Assembly: GCF_000143415.4 (NCBI RefSeq)
Contig: NW_003314274.1
Coordinates: 2,462,623-2,526,622, forward strand
Direction of reading: 5' to 3'
DNA: 64,000 nt
From: Selaginella moellendorffii
Taxonomy: Eukaryota > Plantae > Lycopodiophyta
In this document: positions 12,793-27,000 of the stretch, piece after piece
Numbering within the stretch: position 1 is the first letter of the stretch
How the letters are laid out: every line of letters begins with the position of its first letter
The notes under the pieces: generated by a model
The model's database searches: none
Told to the model about the DNA's origin: nothing
Seen by the model: only the letters and a program-made list of their open reading frames with translations
Position numbers and translations under genes: made by a program

Positions 12793-15031
12793 ATGGCGAC
12801 GGCGGCGGCTGCGGCGGCCTGTGCCGGGACTGGAAGCGGAGGTGGGGGAGTGTGGCGGCCATTCTCATCGCCATCAGTGCCATCTCGGGTGGTTTTGAGG
12901 GCTCCTCGATCTTTTCCTCTGTTTGCCAGCAGCAGTGGCAGCAGCAGCAGTAGAGCATGGCAAAGGAGCGTGCTGGCTATGGTTGCAAAGTACAAAAAGG
13001 ATGGGATCTCGAGCGGTGCAGTGGATTGCGGCCTGGCAGATCCCGCCGTGAGCGGCACCAGCGGCAGCGATGGAGGCAATGGCGCTGCTGCTCCGTCCCG
13101 TGCGACTGGCCTGGCGAGCTCGTTTCCTTCCATTGCTCCCGGGATCGACGTGGACAGCGTGAGCGAGGCCGAATTGAAGGAGAATGGCTTCCGCAGCACC
13201 CGACGCACCAAGCTCATCTGCACGATTGGGCCGGCGTCGTGTGGCTTTGAGCAGCTGGAAGCTCTGGCTATGGCGGGAATGAACGTGGCGCGGCTCAACA
13301 TGTGCCACGGCACGAGGGAGTGGCACCGCGGCGTCATCAAGAGCGTCCGGCAGCTCAACGAGATGAAGGGCTACTCGGTGGCGCTCATGATCGACACCGA
13401 AGGCAGCGAGATCCATATGGGCGATCTGGGTGGAGTCACGTCCCAAAAAGCCGAGGTTGGTTTCTCTTTCTCATTTTTTGTTTCGTGCTTTTCGAGATCA
13501 ACCGAGTGTGAGCTCGCCGGCCGCAGGATGGCGAGGAATGGACATTCTCGGTCCGGAAGTTCGATGGAGCTCTTCCCGAGGGCACTCTCCAGGTGAACTA
13601 CGAGGGATTTGCCGAAGGTAAAGAAAGAGGAAGAGAAAAAGAGTGGTTTTTTATGCGATTGCTGCTGCATGCATACAGACGTGATGGCTGGAGACGAGCT
13701 GGTTGTGGACGGAGGGATGGTGAGATTTGAGGTGGTGGACAAGATTGGACCCGATGTCAAGTGCCGCTGCATCGATCCCGGACTGCTGCTCCCTCGGGCC
13801 AACGTTACCTTTTGGAGGAATGGCCGACTGGTTCGTGAGCGCAATGCCATGCTTCCCACCATCTCTTCCAAGGTCTGCCGCTTGTCGTTTTTTGTCACTC
13901 CTCTCCAAGCTTCGCCTCTGGCTCCAGGACTGGCTGGACATCGACTTTGGCATCTCCGAGGGCGTGGATTTCATAGCAATCTCCTTCGTCAAGACCGCGG
14001 ACGTGATCAAGCACCTCAAGAGCTACATTGCGTCGAGGTCGACCAACAGGTACGCGTCATAGCCTTTCCTCACCTGCATAGCCCCTGAGAGTGCCTGCGC
14101 GGTGGTGTTGTGGCAAGCAGGCAGATCGGTGTGTTTGCCAAGATCGAGAGCTGCGACTCCCTCAAGAACCTCGAGGACATCATCCGCGTGGCGGATGGAG
14201 CCATGGTTGCTCGTGGCGACCTGGGAGCGCAGATACCGCTGGAGCAGGTCCCGTCGGTCCAGCGCGAGATAGTGACCTTGTGCCGGCAGCTGAACAAGCC
14301 CGTCATTGTGGCGTCGCAGCTCCTCGAGTCGATGATCGAGTACCCGACACCCACCAGGGCCGAGGTAAGCAAACGACAAGGTAAATGCTGCTCACGACAC
14401 GACTGTTGCATGCAAAGGTGGCGGACGTGTCCGAGGCTGTGCGCCAACGAGCTGACGCGCTGATGCTGTCGGGGGAGTCGGCCATGGGCCAGTTCCCACT
14501 CAAGGCCCTGAGCGTGCTCCGGACGGTGAGCCTGCGGATCGAGCGGTGGTGCCGGGAGCAGAAGCGGCACGAGATGATGCGGCTGCGGGAGTTGTCTCCG
14601 CCATCGTCAGACAGGCAGTCGGCGGAGCGGGTGTCGGAGCAGATTTGCAACTCGGCGTCACACATGGGTGAGAAGCATTCTTGTTTTCTCGTGCCAGCTA
14701 CGGGCTGACCAGTCTAGTGTCTGTACCAGCCAACAATCTGGGGGTGGACGCCATCTTCGTCTACACCCGCGACGGTCACATGGCGTCGCTGCTGTCGCGG
14801 TGCCGGCCCGACTGCCCCATCTTCGCCTTCACTGACACGACGGCGGTGCGGCGGAGGCTCAACCTGCAGTGGGGGCTCATCCCCTTCCGCCTCGACCTCT
14901 CCACGGACATGGAGGTGAACATCTTGCGCACCTTCTCGCTGCTCAAGGCCCGCGGCATGATGAACTCGGGCGACCTCGTCATCGCCGTCTCCGACATGCT
15001 GCAGTCGATCCAGATCCGGAAAATCCCCTGA
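12793..15031 (+). CDS. Plastidial pyruvate kinase (alpha-type), multi-exon
   Basis: Ser/Ala-rich transit peptide, '[21 protein letters not shown]', 'VARLNMCHG', 'AKIES', '[10 protein letters not shown]', '[10 protein letters not shown]'. Confidence 0.93.
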
Positions 15032-15278
15032 GAGGCTTTTTTTTGTTCTTTGAAATCGTCGCGGCGCTTTTTGCTTCCCCGGTTTTGGATTGCTCACATA
15101 CATCACGCGAGCTTTTTGAGCGAGCTGGCTAGCTACGTTTTACTTTTCTGTCGCTCCCAGAGGAGAAGATCACAAGAATAAATTTCCTTCCCTGTCATAT
15201 ATCATGTGTAGAACAGCAAAGGCAAAGAAAGGAGGCAAACGAGTTTAGCTACAGCTTGGAAAACACGAGATACATTGT

Positions 15279-15770
15279 CTAGTCCTTCTTGGCCTGCTTG
15301 TTGATGAGCGATTTGTGAATGTGGGGGATGACGCCGCCGCCGGCGATGGTCCCTTTGATCAAGGTGTCGAGCTCCTCATCCCCTCTAATAGCCAGCTGCA
15401 AGTGCCGCGGAGTGATGCGCTTCACCTTGAGATCTTTGCTCGCATTCCCCGCCAGCTCCAGCACCTCGGCGGTGAGATACTCGAGGATCGCCGCCGAGTA
15501 GACGGCCGCGGTGCCTCCCACCCTTCCGTTGGCAGTGACGCGGGACTTGAGCAAGCGGTGGATCCGACCCACTGGGAACTGCACACAAACACCCGCCACT
15601 CATCTCAGTAGCCAGCAACCTCTGTTTGGGGCACAAAGACGAACCTGTAGCCCAGCTCGAGACGATTTGGACAAGGGCTTCTTCTTGTCCTTGTCCGCAG
15701 CTGTGGACACCGCCGAGGGTCTGTTGCCCAGCAGCCCCTTTGCGCCCTTGCCCCCTCCTTGCACCACCAT
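15279..15770 (-). CDS. H2A.Z: Histone H2A.Z variant (intron 15579-15644)
   Basis: 'SSRAGLQ|[91 protein letters not shown]' is diagnostic of H2A.Z; exact start uncertain. Confidence 0.93.
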
Positions 15771-15859
15771 CGCTGCCTGCTTCTCCCCAGCACCACACAG
15801 CCCAACAAAGAGCAACGTGAGTGTGTGCCCCCCCCTGGGCCCTGGCTATGGAGCACGAG

Positions 15860-15861
<2 letters not shown>

Positions 15862-15893
<32 letters not shown>
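15862..15893. repeat. (CT)n/(GA)n microsatellite upstream of H2A.Z
   Basis: ~16 perfect CT units. Confidence 0.95.
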
Positions 15894-15898
<5 letters not shown>

Positions 15899-15941
15899 AG
15901 GTCACAAAGCAAGGCCTACAGTGTGGATTTTGAAATTGCTA

Positions 15942-17531
15942 TCACGGATCGCCACGTGTGCGGCCGCGATGGCGTGCGCAGGCTAGGGCAACAGCCACGA
16001 TCGTCTCCTCCACTAGTCTCCTCAAGATGATGCACTCCACTCTTGCCGCCACCTCCTTCGTCTCCGCGCCAATTCCCACTGACCACCGCCGATCCATCGC
16101 CGTGACGATCGCGCTCCCATTGTCTTCCTCGTCCCCGCATTGGTGGGGCACGGGCCTTCGGGATGCTGCCGCTGCTGGTTCGTCCGCCCACAGAGCTCTT
16201 ACCACTGCGCCTCTCTTGCGATTGCTCTCTCGCTCTCTTTGACAATCTGACAGGAACGTACTGTTGTCAGCTATGAACTGTGTAAGATCCTTCGCGTTAC
16301 CTGGATCGTCTTCGCTCGAGTCGATGTGCGAGTTGTCCAGGACCGACACTGGGCTCGGCTGCTCGCTCTCGGCAACGCCATTGAGTGACACGATCTTCCC
16401 CTGCTGCGAATCTCTTATGTGAGGTGTTTGGAAACAGCTTTCGCGGATGATATCGTCAATCTCCTCTTTCGCCCTCGTGATGAGGTTGGCATTCTTCATG
16501 GTCTTGCTGCGCGGTGGCGACGATGGGTCGCACAATCTGGCTCTCGCAGACTTTGTCACTGGATCACGCTCCATGCTCGTCATGTCCAGTTCCATGTCGT
16601 AGGGAGGACGGTAAACTGGAGTTCCTCCGTCCGAAACACTTCGCCGGTGGTGGTGGTGTTGGAATCGAGGCGTTGTACTCTCCATCACGGCCCTGTCCCG
16701 GTGATGGTGATGATGAATATGATCGTATCCCCTCGAGTTCGCCATGGTGTGATCCACGGACCTGGATCGAGCGTGCCGGCATGTCGATCTGGTCCTGTCG
16801 CTTGGATCGTCTCGCCTCGTGCAAGCGCCATAGACATCGTGCCTGTTGCTAGTCGCAGCGATGGCGGCCGAGGTACTGTTGCTGAGGTAGAGGAGCTTCT
16901 TCTTGAGCTGCATCACGGCCTCGATGCGTTCTAGAGCCTGGTCACACTGTCTCAGGTGGTTCTCCATCTCATCCAGAAAACCTTGAGGATAAGTAGGCTC
17001 CATCGGATTCCTGGAATCTTTCATCTTCATCAGTGGATAAGGAGATGCTGTTGAGTAGGGAGTCCCGAGACCCATGAGCCGGGCAATGACATTGGACGTG
17101 GGCGAGCTGCATGAGCTATGGATGGCGCTCGTGGATCCGGATCGCGCCCTGTGGAAATGACCACTTGCCTGGAGTGGAGCTGCGTGATCGTCCGCAGCGT
17201 CGAGACTGCTAGTCCAGTAGGATGTGGAGGAGGAGGTGGAGTGTCTGGATGAGGTGCTGCTCAACAAGAGATCCTCTCTGTAGCTGGCGACCCCTGGAGC
17301 GTCCACGGAATGCCGGGCTGCCTGCTTCAGCTCACCGGGGAGAGGCTCCGCGAGCTTGGCCAGGACGCGCTCCTTGATGGACGCGTCCGAATGAGCAGCA
17401 GCCAATCTGGGCTCCGCCCCGCTCTTCTTCTCCCTTGCCTTTCTCCCGCTGCTCGTTGCTCTGGCCAGCATACTCCACCATGACCTGCGTGCTTCTTGGC
17501 CGTCCCTCGCCTTCATCTCCGTGCGCGGCAT
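15942..17531 (-). CDS. TON1-recruiting-motif (TRM)/LONGIFOLIA-like protein
   Basis: Intronless ORF with the three TRM-type motifs: 'NVIARLMGL', 'EQPSPVSVLD' and C-terminal 'EVAARVECIILRRLVEE'. Confidence 0.8.
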   Translation of the reverse strand: MPRTEMKARDGQEARRSWWSMLARATSSGRKAREKKSGAEPRLAAAHSDASIKERVLAKLAEPLPGELKQAARHSVDAPGVASYREDLLLSSTSSRHSTSSSTSYWTSSLDAADDHAAPLQASGHFHRARSGSTSAIHSSCSSPTSNVIARLMGLGTPYSTASPYPLMKMKDSRNPMEPTYPQGFLDEMENHLRQCDQALERIEAVMQLKKKLLYLSNSTSAAIAATSNRHDVYGACTRRDDPSDRTRSTCRHARSRSVDHTMANSRGYDHIHHHHHRDRAVMESTTPRFQHHHHRRSVSDGGTPVYRPPYDMELDMTSMERDPVTKSARARLCDPSSPPRSKTMKNANLITRAKEEIDDIIRESCFQTPHIRDSQQGKIVSLNGVAESEQPSPVSVLDNSHIDSSEDDPGNAKDLTQFIADNSTFLSDCQRERESNRKRGAVVRALWADEPAAAASRRPVPHQCGDEEDNGSAIVTAMDRRWSVGIGAETKEVAARVECIILRRLVEETIVAVALACARHRGRTRGDP

Positions 17532-18018
17532 ATCCCACTTCCTCCTTAGATTCTACCAGGGAGAGGTGGAGTGGAGAGATGCAAGCACAGAATTGCTTCA
17601 AGCACGGCTGCAGATCCCGTGTCTACATGTCCGGTTGGGGACAGGCTGCTACACTGTACTAGAGTGCGCCCAGCTTTATCAGGAAAAGCAAAGAAAAAGA
17701 AGGAAGAGCTGGGTTACATAATACAGGTCTTATCGCCTATCCAGGTATGAGAGCAACCAACCAACGAGATGCTAACCATCATCTGGCAGCTATTGTATTG
17801 CGAATAGAATAATCATCTGTTATATCAAACGAATATTGTATTGCTCGCAGCAAGACAACAAACTGCCTAGGTAGTGGAATGTTTTTATAATTTTCATCTC
17901 CTAAGCTGCCATCGTTGTTGGCTTAAAACCATGCATTTTATTTCCCCTAGAGGAAACTAAAGGTGGTTGAGGGTTAGGGGAGGGGCGCCAGGTTCCAGAG
18001 GGGAAGGAGCGAGCGCCC

Positions 18019-21000
18019 ATGGCGTCGGGCGGCGGCGACGCAGCTAAGAATGCGCGGAAGCACCGCATCTCGTCGGCGACGGCGGAGCACATGGAGGATC
18101 TCATGGAGGCTGTGCAGAAGGCGAATCGCGCGGCGGGCGGATGGCAGTCGTCCAAATCCAAGGCGGCTCAGATGCTGTCGCCGCGGACGCCCGACGCCAC
18201 ACCTCCGCCGGAGCCCTCCAGCCGGAGGCTCCACAAAGGCAAGGACAAGCTTGTGGTGAGCGAGGAGGAGGAGGAGCAAGGGGGCGAGCGGAGCACCTGG
18301 CTGGGGAGGTATGGGGTGTGGCGTCCAGAGGACTCGGTTGTCAAGCAGGAGCCCGGGGGATTGTATCAATTGCCACAGGTTGACGAGCTCGAGGCTGTGT
18401 ATCGGCTGCCCATCAAGCGGCCCCGAGCCAGGGAAGACAATGCCGGGGGTGCCATCATGTTCCAAGAGCACGGCTTCGCTCCCAAGGGTGTCAAAGAGAT
18501 CGTCCCGCAGAAATGTATCGTCCAGGATGGTGCTTCCGTTCAGGGGGAGCTCCCGGACCGGGGGGCGTGGAACGAGGTGCTCGTCAAGGGGAAAGTTGGG
18601 ACCAAGCGTGTCTTGACGGGACAGAGCTCCGGCTCGAGAAAGTTGCCGCACACTGAGGTTGAAGCGCAGAAGATCCTCGTCCAGGCCGGCCTCTCCGATG
18701 ATGCCTCCACGGCGGGCGATCCAGAGCTTGCGCACATCACCAACGGGGACGAGGCTATCAAGTTCTTTGCGGAGCGGGAGGAGTCCAAGCCGGCTAAGTT
18801 CCTCTACTGCAACCGTGTCGAGTCTGGCAAGGTTTTCCGGCCATACGACCTGGATGTTGTTCCGCGGAACAAGGTTGCCAAGGCCGAGTATTTTACCATC
18901 TCCACGTACGGGATGATCCACATCGAGATCACGCCAGGTTTGATGATTCCACAAACACAAGGTGAGAAGAAATGACATGGTTTGAGGAAAATGACCATGC
19001 TTACGTTTGTTTGTGTGTGTGTATGTGTCCGCGATGGATGCAGGTGGTCAAAAAGAGTGCACGTTTATTGCTCACGAGGAATGGCTTCGCGAGAAGTCTA
19101 TTTTCTCGTCACTCTGCAGGATTAAGTTCTTCGGAAAGTATCTGATCTACAAGTCTTTCACGATCTGGCGCAAGCACATCGGCCAGAGCAACTTCGCGCG
19201 GATAAGAAACTCCCTCATGTCCAGGATATTTGTGGCCAAGCCTGGCTTCCTGGCGGCTATGGTGCAGATTTACGGATACGTTTACGAGCTCACTGGGTTG
19301 GCTATGCTGCACCTTATTCCAAACCACCTGCATACCGTAGAAGAGTTTCTCGATCTCCAGTTTCAACAGAGGATCCACAAGTCGATGCCGTCTGTGGAGA
19401 ACATCTCAGAAAGGATTCAGCAAGTACTTGGCAAGCTTTGCCAAGAGGTTAAGAAGCAGGCACAAATATTTCGGGTAAGCCAGCTTGAAAGGTCGATCTT
19501 GTATCACTCTACTCTTTTGTTTGTTATCTTTAACGCAGGAAAGTGTTCGGGACGAGGCCGAGCTAGATGATGTAGTGGGGGTTAATTTGCATCAATCCCG
19601 TGCCAATAAAGCTCAGAGCATGGTGAGCATCAAACACGAAAAGATTGAGAGGGCTAAGACATATCGTCGTGTTATAGCTGAAGAGAAACTTCTTGGCAAC
19701 TTTATCCGTCTCATTGATTACATGCTAGTTGAAGGCCTCATTGCTCGTACTATCAACACAACTGACGAATTGCTGGCTCTTTTAGAAGCAACGAGAGCAA
19801 CCAACACGGAGAAGGCATCCAAGGGAGTGTTCCTGAGCACTGTGTCGTTCGCGGAGTCCATGATGACCTTCAACCCCGACGAGGCAAACATTTTAAGCGT
19901 AAGTGGTTTCCATCTCGTCATTCAATGCCTGACATGTTTCCGTTATTGGTGCAGGTCCTCAACACTGTCATTGAGGGCGTAATTCAGATCGTTCAACAAG
20001 CACCTCGGATATTGTACATGAGAGTCTTTTCGTCCTTTTTTGAAGTCAAGTACCAGGGACTGAATCCTGTCGGCCTTATCAGAGAGACTAAACGGTTCTG
20101 TTCGCTGCGGAGTAGAATAGACCAGGTCGTTAAAAACGACTTCCAAGAGGCTAGAAGGTACGCACAAGTAAGTTGATTGCGGCATTTTCTGTTTGCTCCA
20201 ACTGAGCCGTCTTCGTCTTGTCTTCAGATGTTCGAGGAGTATCGAGATCTGCATCTGTTTGGGCAATGCTGGGATCCAGAGGCTTATGCATCGGAGAAAC
20301 GGACAGTTCGTCAATTTAGAGACGAATTGGCTCAACAGAGGGAGTGGAGAATTGAGCTGGAGCGAATGCGTATCGGATGGTGAGTTGGGACGTTGAGAAT
20401 GCTGGATCCTTAGATACTGACGCATAATCCTTGAATGTAGTGTGATTGGAGTACTTCATATAGACTCTAAGTCTCTGAGAAACTCGCTTTTACCCGTGAC
20501 CTCACGAACGCTGGACGCCATCAAGGGTCTCCTGCTTATTGCAGCAAGGGAAGAGACTATTAAAGTCTTAGCTCATTTTCAGGAGAAAGTGAAAGCCCTT
20601 GAAGTTCGGCCCGACGAGCTGGATGGTTTTGTGGCTTTTATCAGGGTATGTATGTCAGCTGATTAGGAAGTGAAAAAGAATCGATCTGACATGCTTGTCT
20701 TTACAGGTGTTCGATGCAACAATGGAAAAGAAAAAAGCATCGCTTGCTGAAGCAACCATTGTTGACGAAATGTACTCTCTTTTGGCGGGTTATGAAGTCA
20801 AAGTCCCAACAGATGACCAGATCAAGCTAGACGATCTACACGAGATAGTCCAGAAGTATGGTGACTCGATCGAGGCAGCCACCATCTATATTGAAGAAAA
20901 TAGGACGGACATGATGGCCGACCTTGATTCGAAGGCAAATTCACTCAACGAGGAGCTGGTTGCGATTTTAGGCATGCTTCACCAGGAGAGGTTTTTGAGA

Positions 21001-24000
21001 TCGGAGTCCGATCCATTTGAGATTGTGACGGAGATGGAACAAATATGGGACAGAATGGTGGAAATACGTGATACACTGGAGATTTATAAAGATTATCAGA
21101 AGCTCTTCCAGGTGAGGTGTTATTGGTGGCAACGGCCGCTAATCTACTGTTATAAATGTTTCAGATGGACATGGAAGACATGAGCAACTTCCTCATGACG
21201 GAGAAAGAATACAACTTGAGATATGGAGTGTGGAAGGCCCTCCGCGACTGGCTAGTGATGGTTAAGCAATGGCGGGAGGGTCCGGTGGCAAGCTTAAAAG
21301 CACCAGAAGTCCAGGGAAAAACAGATGAATACGCGAAAGAGGCATACAAGATGGGAAAAGCAAACAAAGAGGATACGGTGGTTTTCAGGCTGAAGGATGC
21401 GATTGACGATTTTAAGCAGGTGACTCTTCACAAACTTTTACGGTGCTCGTCTAACATGTGTATGTCTTCCTGCTGTAGTTGCTACCCTTGATAGAGGAGC
21501 TGGCAAATCCCGCTTTGAAAGATCGCCATTGGACTCAAATCTTCAAACAAGTTGGGCAGGAGTACAAGGACGGACTTGTTTTCTCGATAAACGACATGCT
21601 TGACTACAAAATCATGGATAAAATCGAAGAGGTAAAAGGTTGTGTGTGACAACAGCGTTTAAACCTTGGTCCTGTAGGTTCGTGTCATTGGAGGGGTTGC
21701 AAGCAAAGAGTTTTCGTTCCAGAGAACATTGGACAAGATGGAAAAAGATTGGGAAGGTGTCGAGTTTATTGTTCTTCCGTACAAGGACTCTGGAACCTTT
21801 ATCCTTGGAGGACTTGATGACATACAAACTATTCTGGATGATCAACTCGTGAAGATTATGTCCATGTGTGCTTCTCCGTTCATTAAGATTTTTGAAGGCA
21901 GGGCTGTAAGGTGGAAGACGCTTATGATTAACATGCAGGTAATCCTCCTACTCTTTTATTTGATGAGATCTTACTGTGTTCATAACAGGACCTTCTTGAT
22001 AACTGGGTAGAGTGTCAAGCAACTTGGCAGTATCTTGGGCCTATCTTTGGGTCCAAGGATATCATGAGGCAGATGCCCGAAGAAGGAGAAAAATTTCAGA
22101 CGGTAGATGCAACCTGGCGAGATGTTATGAAGAGAACGGTTGCCGCTCCAGGCTGCATTGAAACTGCAGTTGATGTGGAACGATTGGAGAAACTGAAAGA
22201 AGCAAACAGGCTGCTCGAGATTATCAATAAGGGACTGGCGTCATATCTCGAGGTTCTGTCTCTCTCTCTCTCTTTGTTGACGTGCATGAGGGCTTTAACG
22301 TAAAGTCTACAGGTCAAACGGGTGGCATTCCCCCGCTTCTTCTTTCTTTCAAACGACGAAATGCTTGAGATTCTCTCCGAGACTAAGGATCCACTTCGAG
22401 TGCAACCACATCTTAAAAAGTGTTTCGAAGGGATTGACACACTTCGATTTGAGCACAATATGGATGTCACGGGAATGATTTCTGCAGAGGGTGAAGTAGT
22501 TCCTCTTGTCGAAAAGTTCAATCCTAAGGCTGCGCAAGGGGCCGTAGAGAAATGGTTGTTACAGGTAAGGCGATTCCGTGTTTCTTATTTTTCAAATTCC
22601 TTACCCCTCCTTTTTGGGGAACTCAGGTCGAGGAAGGAATGCTACAGTCCCTTCAGGAACAATGCTCAAGCTCAGTTATCTCATACGCGGAAACGGTAAG
22701 GGAAAAATGGGTTCTTGAGTGGCCCGGACAGATAGTTCTTGTGGTTAGTGCCATCTATTGGACAACAATGGTTACCGAGAGCATTCTAGCAGGAGGCAAT
22801 GCTGTCAGAGAATGTGAAAAGGCTTGCACAGAGCAGCTTGGTCGAATCGTTAATCTGGTCAGAGGAAATTTAACAAAGCTCAACCGTGCAACGCTCAGCG
22901 CGCTCGTGGTGATGGACGTCCATGCTCGAGATGTCGTCACCATTCTAGCCAACGCTAAGGTTGAGAAGGAGACGGACTTTTTGTGGCAAAGCCAGCTGAG
23001 GATATACTGGGAAAAGGACACTTGCTTCGTGCGGATGATGAACGCTGGTGTGGAGTATGGCTACGAGTATCTGGGAAACTCCAGCCGGCTAGTTATCACT
23101 CCTCTAACCGACCGGTGCTACCGGACTTTAATGGGCGCGATACATCTGAATATGGGTGGGGCTCCAGAAGGTCCTGCAGGAACCGGAAAGACAGAGACAA
23201 CAAAGGATTTGGCAAAGGTTTGAAGGTTTCATTCTCGTGTTAAATCCGGTTTTTGACATATGCAACATTTTCCAGGCACTTGCAAGGCAATGCGTGGTGT
23301 TCAATTGCAGTGACAGTTTGGACTACCTGGCCATGGCTAAGTTTTTCAAAGGTCTTGCTGCTGCCGGTGCATGGGCTTGTTTTGACGAGTTCAATCGTAT
23401 TGATTTGGAAGTCTTGTCCGTCGTCGCGCAACAGGTTGGTCTGCACGACGTTTTTCTATTCGCGACTAAGTTCCCACATGCAGGTTCTCGAAGTTCAACT
23501 TGCCGTGCAGAACAAAGTGAAAACTTTTGTATTCGAGGGAACTGAGCTTACTCTGAAGCCTACCTGTAATGTGTTCATCACAATGAATCCTGGATATGCT
23601 GGTAGAAGCGAGCTGCCGGATAATCTCAAGGCCCTTTTCCGGACGGTGGCGATGATGGTTCCTGATTACGCTATGATAAGCGAGATTATGCTCTACAGTA
23701 GCGGCTATTTGCTAGTAAGGCCATTTACTAGACATTAAAAGCACAACTTATTTCTTTTTCCAGGCAAGGGATTGTGCCAGAAAAATTGTCGCGACGTATC
23801 GACTTTGCAGCGAGCAGTTGTCGAGTCAGGACCATTATGACTACGGTATGAGAGCAGTGATGGCGGTGCTTCGCGCTGCTTCGAACCTGAAGCAACGTTA
23901 TCCTGATGAAGAAGAGTTTATACTGATGCTCCGATCTATCATCGACGTGAACTTGTGCAAATTCCTTTCCCAGGACGTTCCGTTGTTCAACGGCATTGTC

Positions 24001-27000
24001 TCGGATTTGTTTCCAGGGGTAGTGCTGCCAGAGCCCGACTACACGAACCTGGACAAAGTCATTAGAGATAACTGCAAAAAGTTTAATCTCCAACCAACAC
24101 CGTATTTCAAAATCAAGATCATCCAGCTCTATGAAATGATCATTGTTCGTCACGGACTCATGCTCGTCGGTTTGTCGTTCTCGGGGAAGACTTGCGCTTT
24201 GCGAGTGCTCCAGGCCGCTCTAACAGATCTGGCAGAGCAGGGACTTGATAACGAGAGGAGAGTTCAGGTACTAACCTGCTTGTTAAGATTCTCTCTCGGT
24301 AACATTTCTCTATCATCTGGAAGATTGCGACGGTGAATCCCAAGTCCGTCACCATGGGACAGCTTTACGGTCAAGCAGATCCCATGACTCAGGAATGGCT
24401 GGACGGAGTGTTGGCAGTGCGCTTCCGGGAGCAGGCGTCAGATCCTTCAAACGACCGAAAGTGGCTCGTCCTTGACGGTCCGGTGGATGCTATTTGGATC
24501 GAGAACATGAACACTGTGCTGGACGACAACAAAAAGCTGTGCCTTCCAAACAGCGAGATTATCCAAATGTCGTCGTCTATGAACATGATATTTGAGGTAA
24601 GTCGCAAGCTTTCTAGGCTTTCAGATGGAACGTAACAAGTTTTGTTTCTTCAAGCTCGCTGCAGGTTGGCGACCTCGCAGTCGCGTCTCCGGCAACTGTA
24701 AGCAGATGTGGAATGGTTTATCTTGAACCCCATCAAATGGGATGGCAACCACTGATGCTGTCATGGCTGGACACTCTCCCTGCATCGCTTCAAGGTCCTA
24801 TAAGGACTCATCTGCAAGGCCTCTTCGAATGGATGGTGACGGCTTGCTTGAGATTTGTCCGGAAGAGCGTCAAAGAGCTATCGCCTACATCCGACGCAAA
24901 TATCGTGGTCAGCTTGATGAGAAACTTCTACGGGCTTATTGACGAGCTCAAACCTGAAGAAGCGGGCAAGGCATTTGGCAAGGAGAAGCTTGGAATATGG
25001 GTGGACTCGATATTTCTCTTCTCCCTGGTGTGGTCTATTGGTGCCACCGGTGATAACGAGGCACGCCAAGGATTTGATGCTTTTCTGAGGCAGCTGGCTG
25101 CCGGTGAAGTTCCTGAAGGATACGAGCTGTGGGTGCCATCAACACACGTTGATCTCTTTACGAAGATCATGCCCGATGACGATGGTGCTACGGTCTATGA
25201 CTTTCTATTCGACAAAGAAAATGCGGCCTGGCTCCTCTGGACTGCTACCATTGTCCCGTTGGAGATTCCCCAAGGCGCCATCTTCAGCGAAATCATCATC
25301 CCAACGAAGGACATGGTGAGATATACGTTCTTGTTGGACAAAGGTATACAGGCCAATTATCCTGTGCTACTGGTCGGCTCAACTGGAACGGGAAAGTCCG
25401 TTTACATCAATCGCCACCTCTCTCTGGGCCTGCCGAAAGAGTTCTTTACAACCATCTTCGTTTGTTTCTCGGCTCGTACCTCAGCAAACATGACACAAAA
25501 TCAGATCGATGGCCAACTCGACAGAAGAAAGAGAGGCATTTACGGCCCTGTTCTTGGAAAGCGGTGCATTATCTTTGTGGACGACCTCAACATGCCACAG
25601 GTGAGCATCGCAGTGTGTTTGGCGTGCCTTTACTGAGTCTGTGTAACTCTGCAGCCCGAAGTCTATGGTGCACAACCGCCTATTGAGCTCTTGAGGCAGT
25701 ATATGGACCATGACGGATGGTATGGGCGTGACAATGTGTTCAGAAAGATTGTGGACGTGCTGTTTGTTGCCGGCATGGGTCCACCGGGGGGAGGACGAAA
25801 CTTTGTTACTCAAAGGTTTTTGCGTCATTTCAATGTCGTCGGCGTCGCTCAGGTATCTGTTTGGCTGTCTGAGCGTGTGTATAACATTGAGGGATCATGA
25901 GTTTCTGCAGGTGGCGGAGGACTCCTTGCGTCTTATATTTAACACTATTCTCAATTGGCATCTCACTATAAACAACGAGTTTCCTAAAGATGTCATCTAC
26001 CTGCAACCTGCGGTGATCAACGCTACGATGGATGTCTTCAACGAGTCGAAAGCACAGCTACTGCCAACGCCGACGAAATCCCACTACACGTTCAACCTCC
26101 GAGATTATGCCAAAGTCATACAGGTGTTTAAATCGATTTTAAGAAAACATTATCCTGACTCGTACATATGACAGGGAATGATGTTGCAAGATTCCTCAAA
26201 AGTCCCGGTTGGCCGAGAAGGTGCAAGGCAGCACGTACGGTTGTGGGTACACGAGGTCTTACGTGTTTTTTACGATCGCCTGGTTGATGATCAAGACCGA
26301 GACTGGCTACTCAAGTACTTAAAAGAGCTCGTACAGACTCGGTTTAAACAACAATTCGACGAGCTCTTTGGTCATCTTCTTGGCGAAAACGAGCTTGAAA
26401 TTGGACAAAACGAGATGCGAAGGTAATGTATCTGTGTTTCCTAAAGCGTATGATCTATAATAAAAACACACGCAGGTGCTTTTTTGGAGTCTATATGAAC
26501 GAAGACGTTGAGTCAAGAGTATACGAGGAGATAACAGACGTGCCCGAGATCATAAGTTTGATGGAAAACTATCTCACGGATTACAATGGCGTCAGCAAAC
26601 GCCCAATGAACCTCGCAATTTTCTTGTTTGCCGTGGAACATGTCTCCAGGATATGTAGAGTTTTAAGGCAACCTGGGGGTCACATGCTGCTGGTTGGTGT
26701 TGGTGGTAGCGGCAGGCAAAGCTTGACAAGGCTCGGTGCTTCTGTGTCTGCTATGGAAGTCTTTCAGGTAAGCAGCGTTTCGAAATGACAACTTTCTAAC
26801 TAGCTCTTGTACCAGGTGGAAATTAGTAAAAGCTATACAAAAGTCGAATGGCGAGAAGACTTGATAAGCTTTCTGAAGAAGGCAGGAGCAGCTCCTGGCC
26901 TGCCAAGCGTTTTTCTCTTCAGTGATACCCAAATTACAGATGAGGGATTTGTTGAAGACTTGAATAATCTTCTGAATTCCGGAGAGGTGTCCTTGACTGA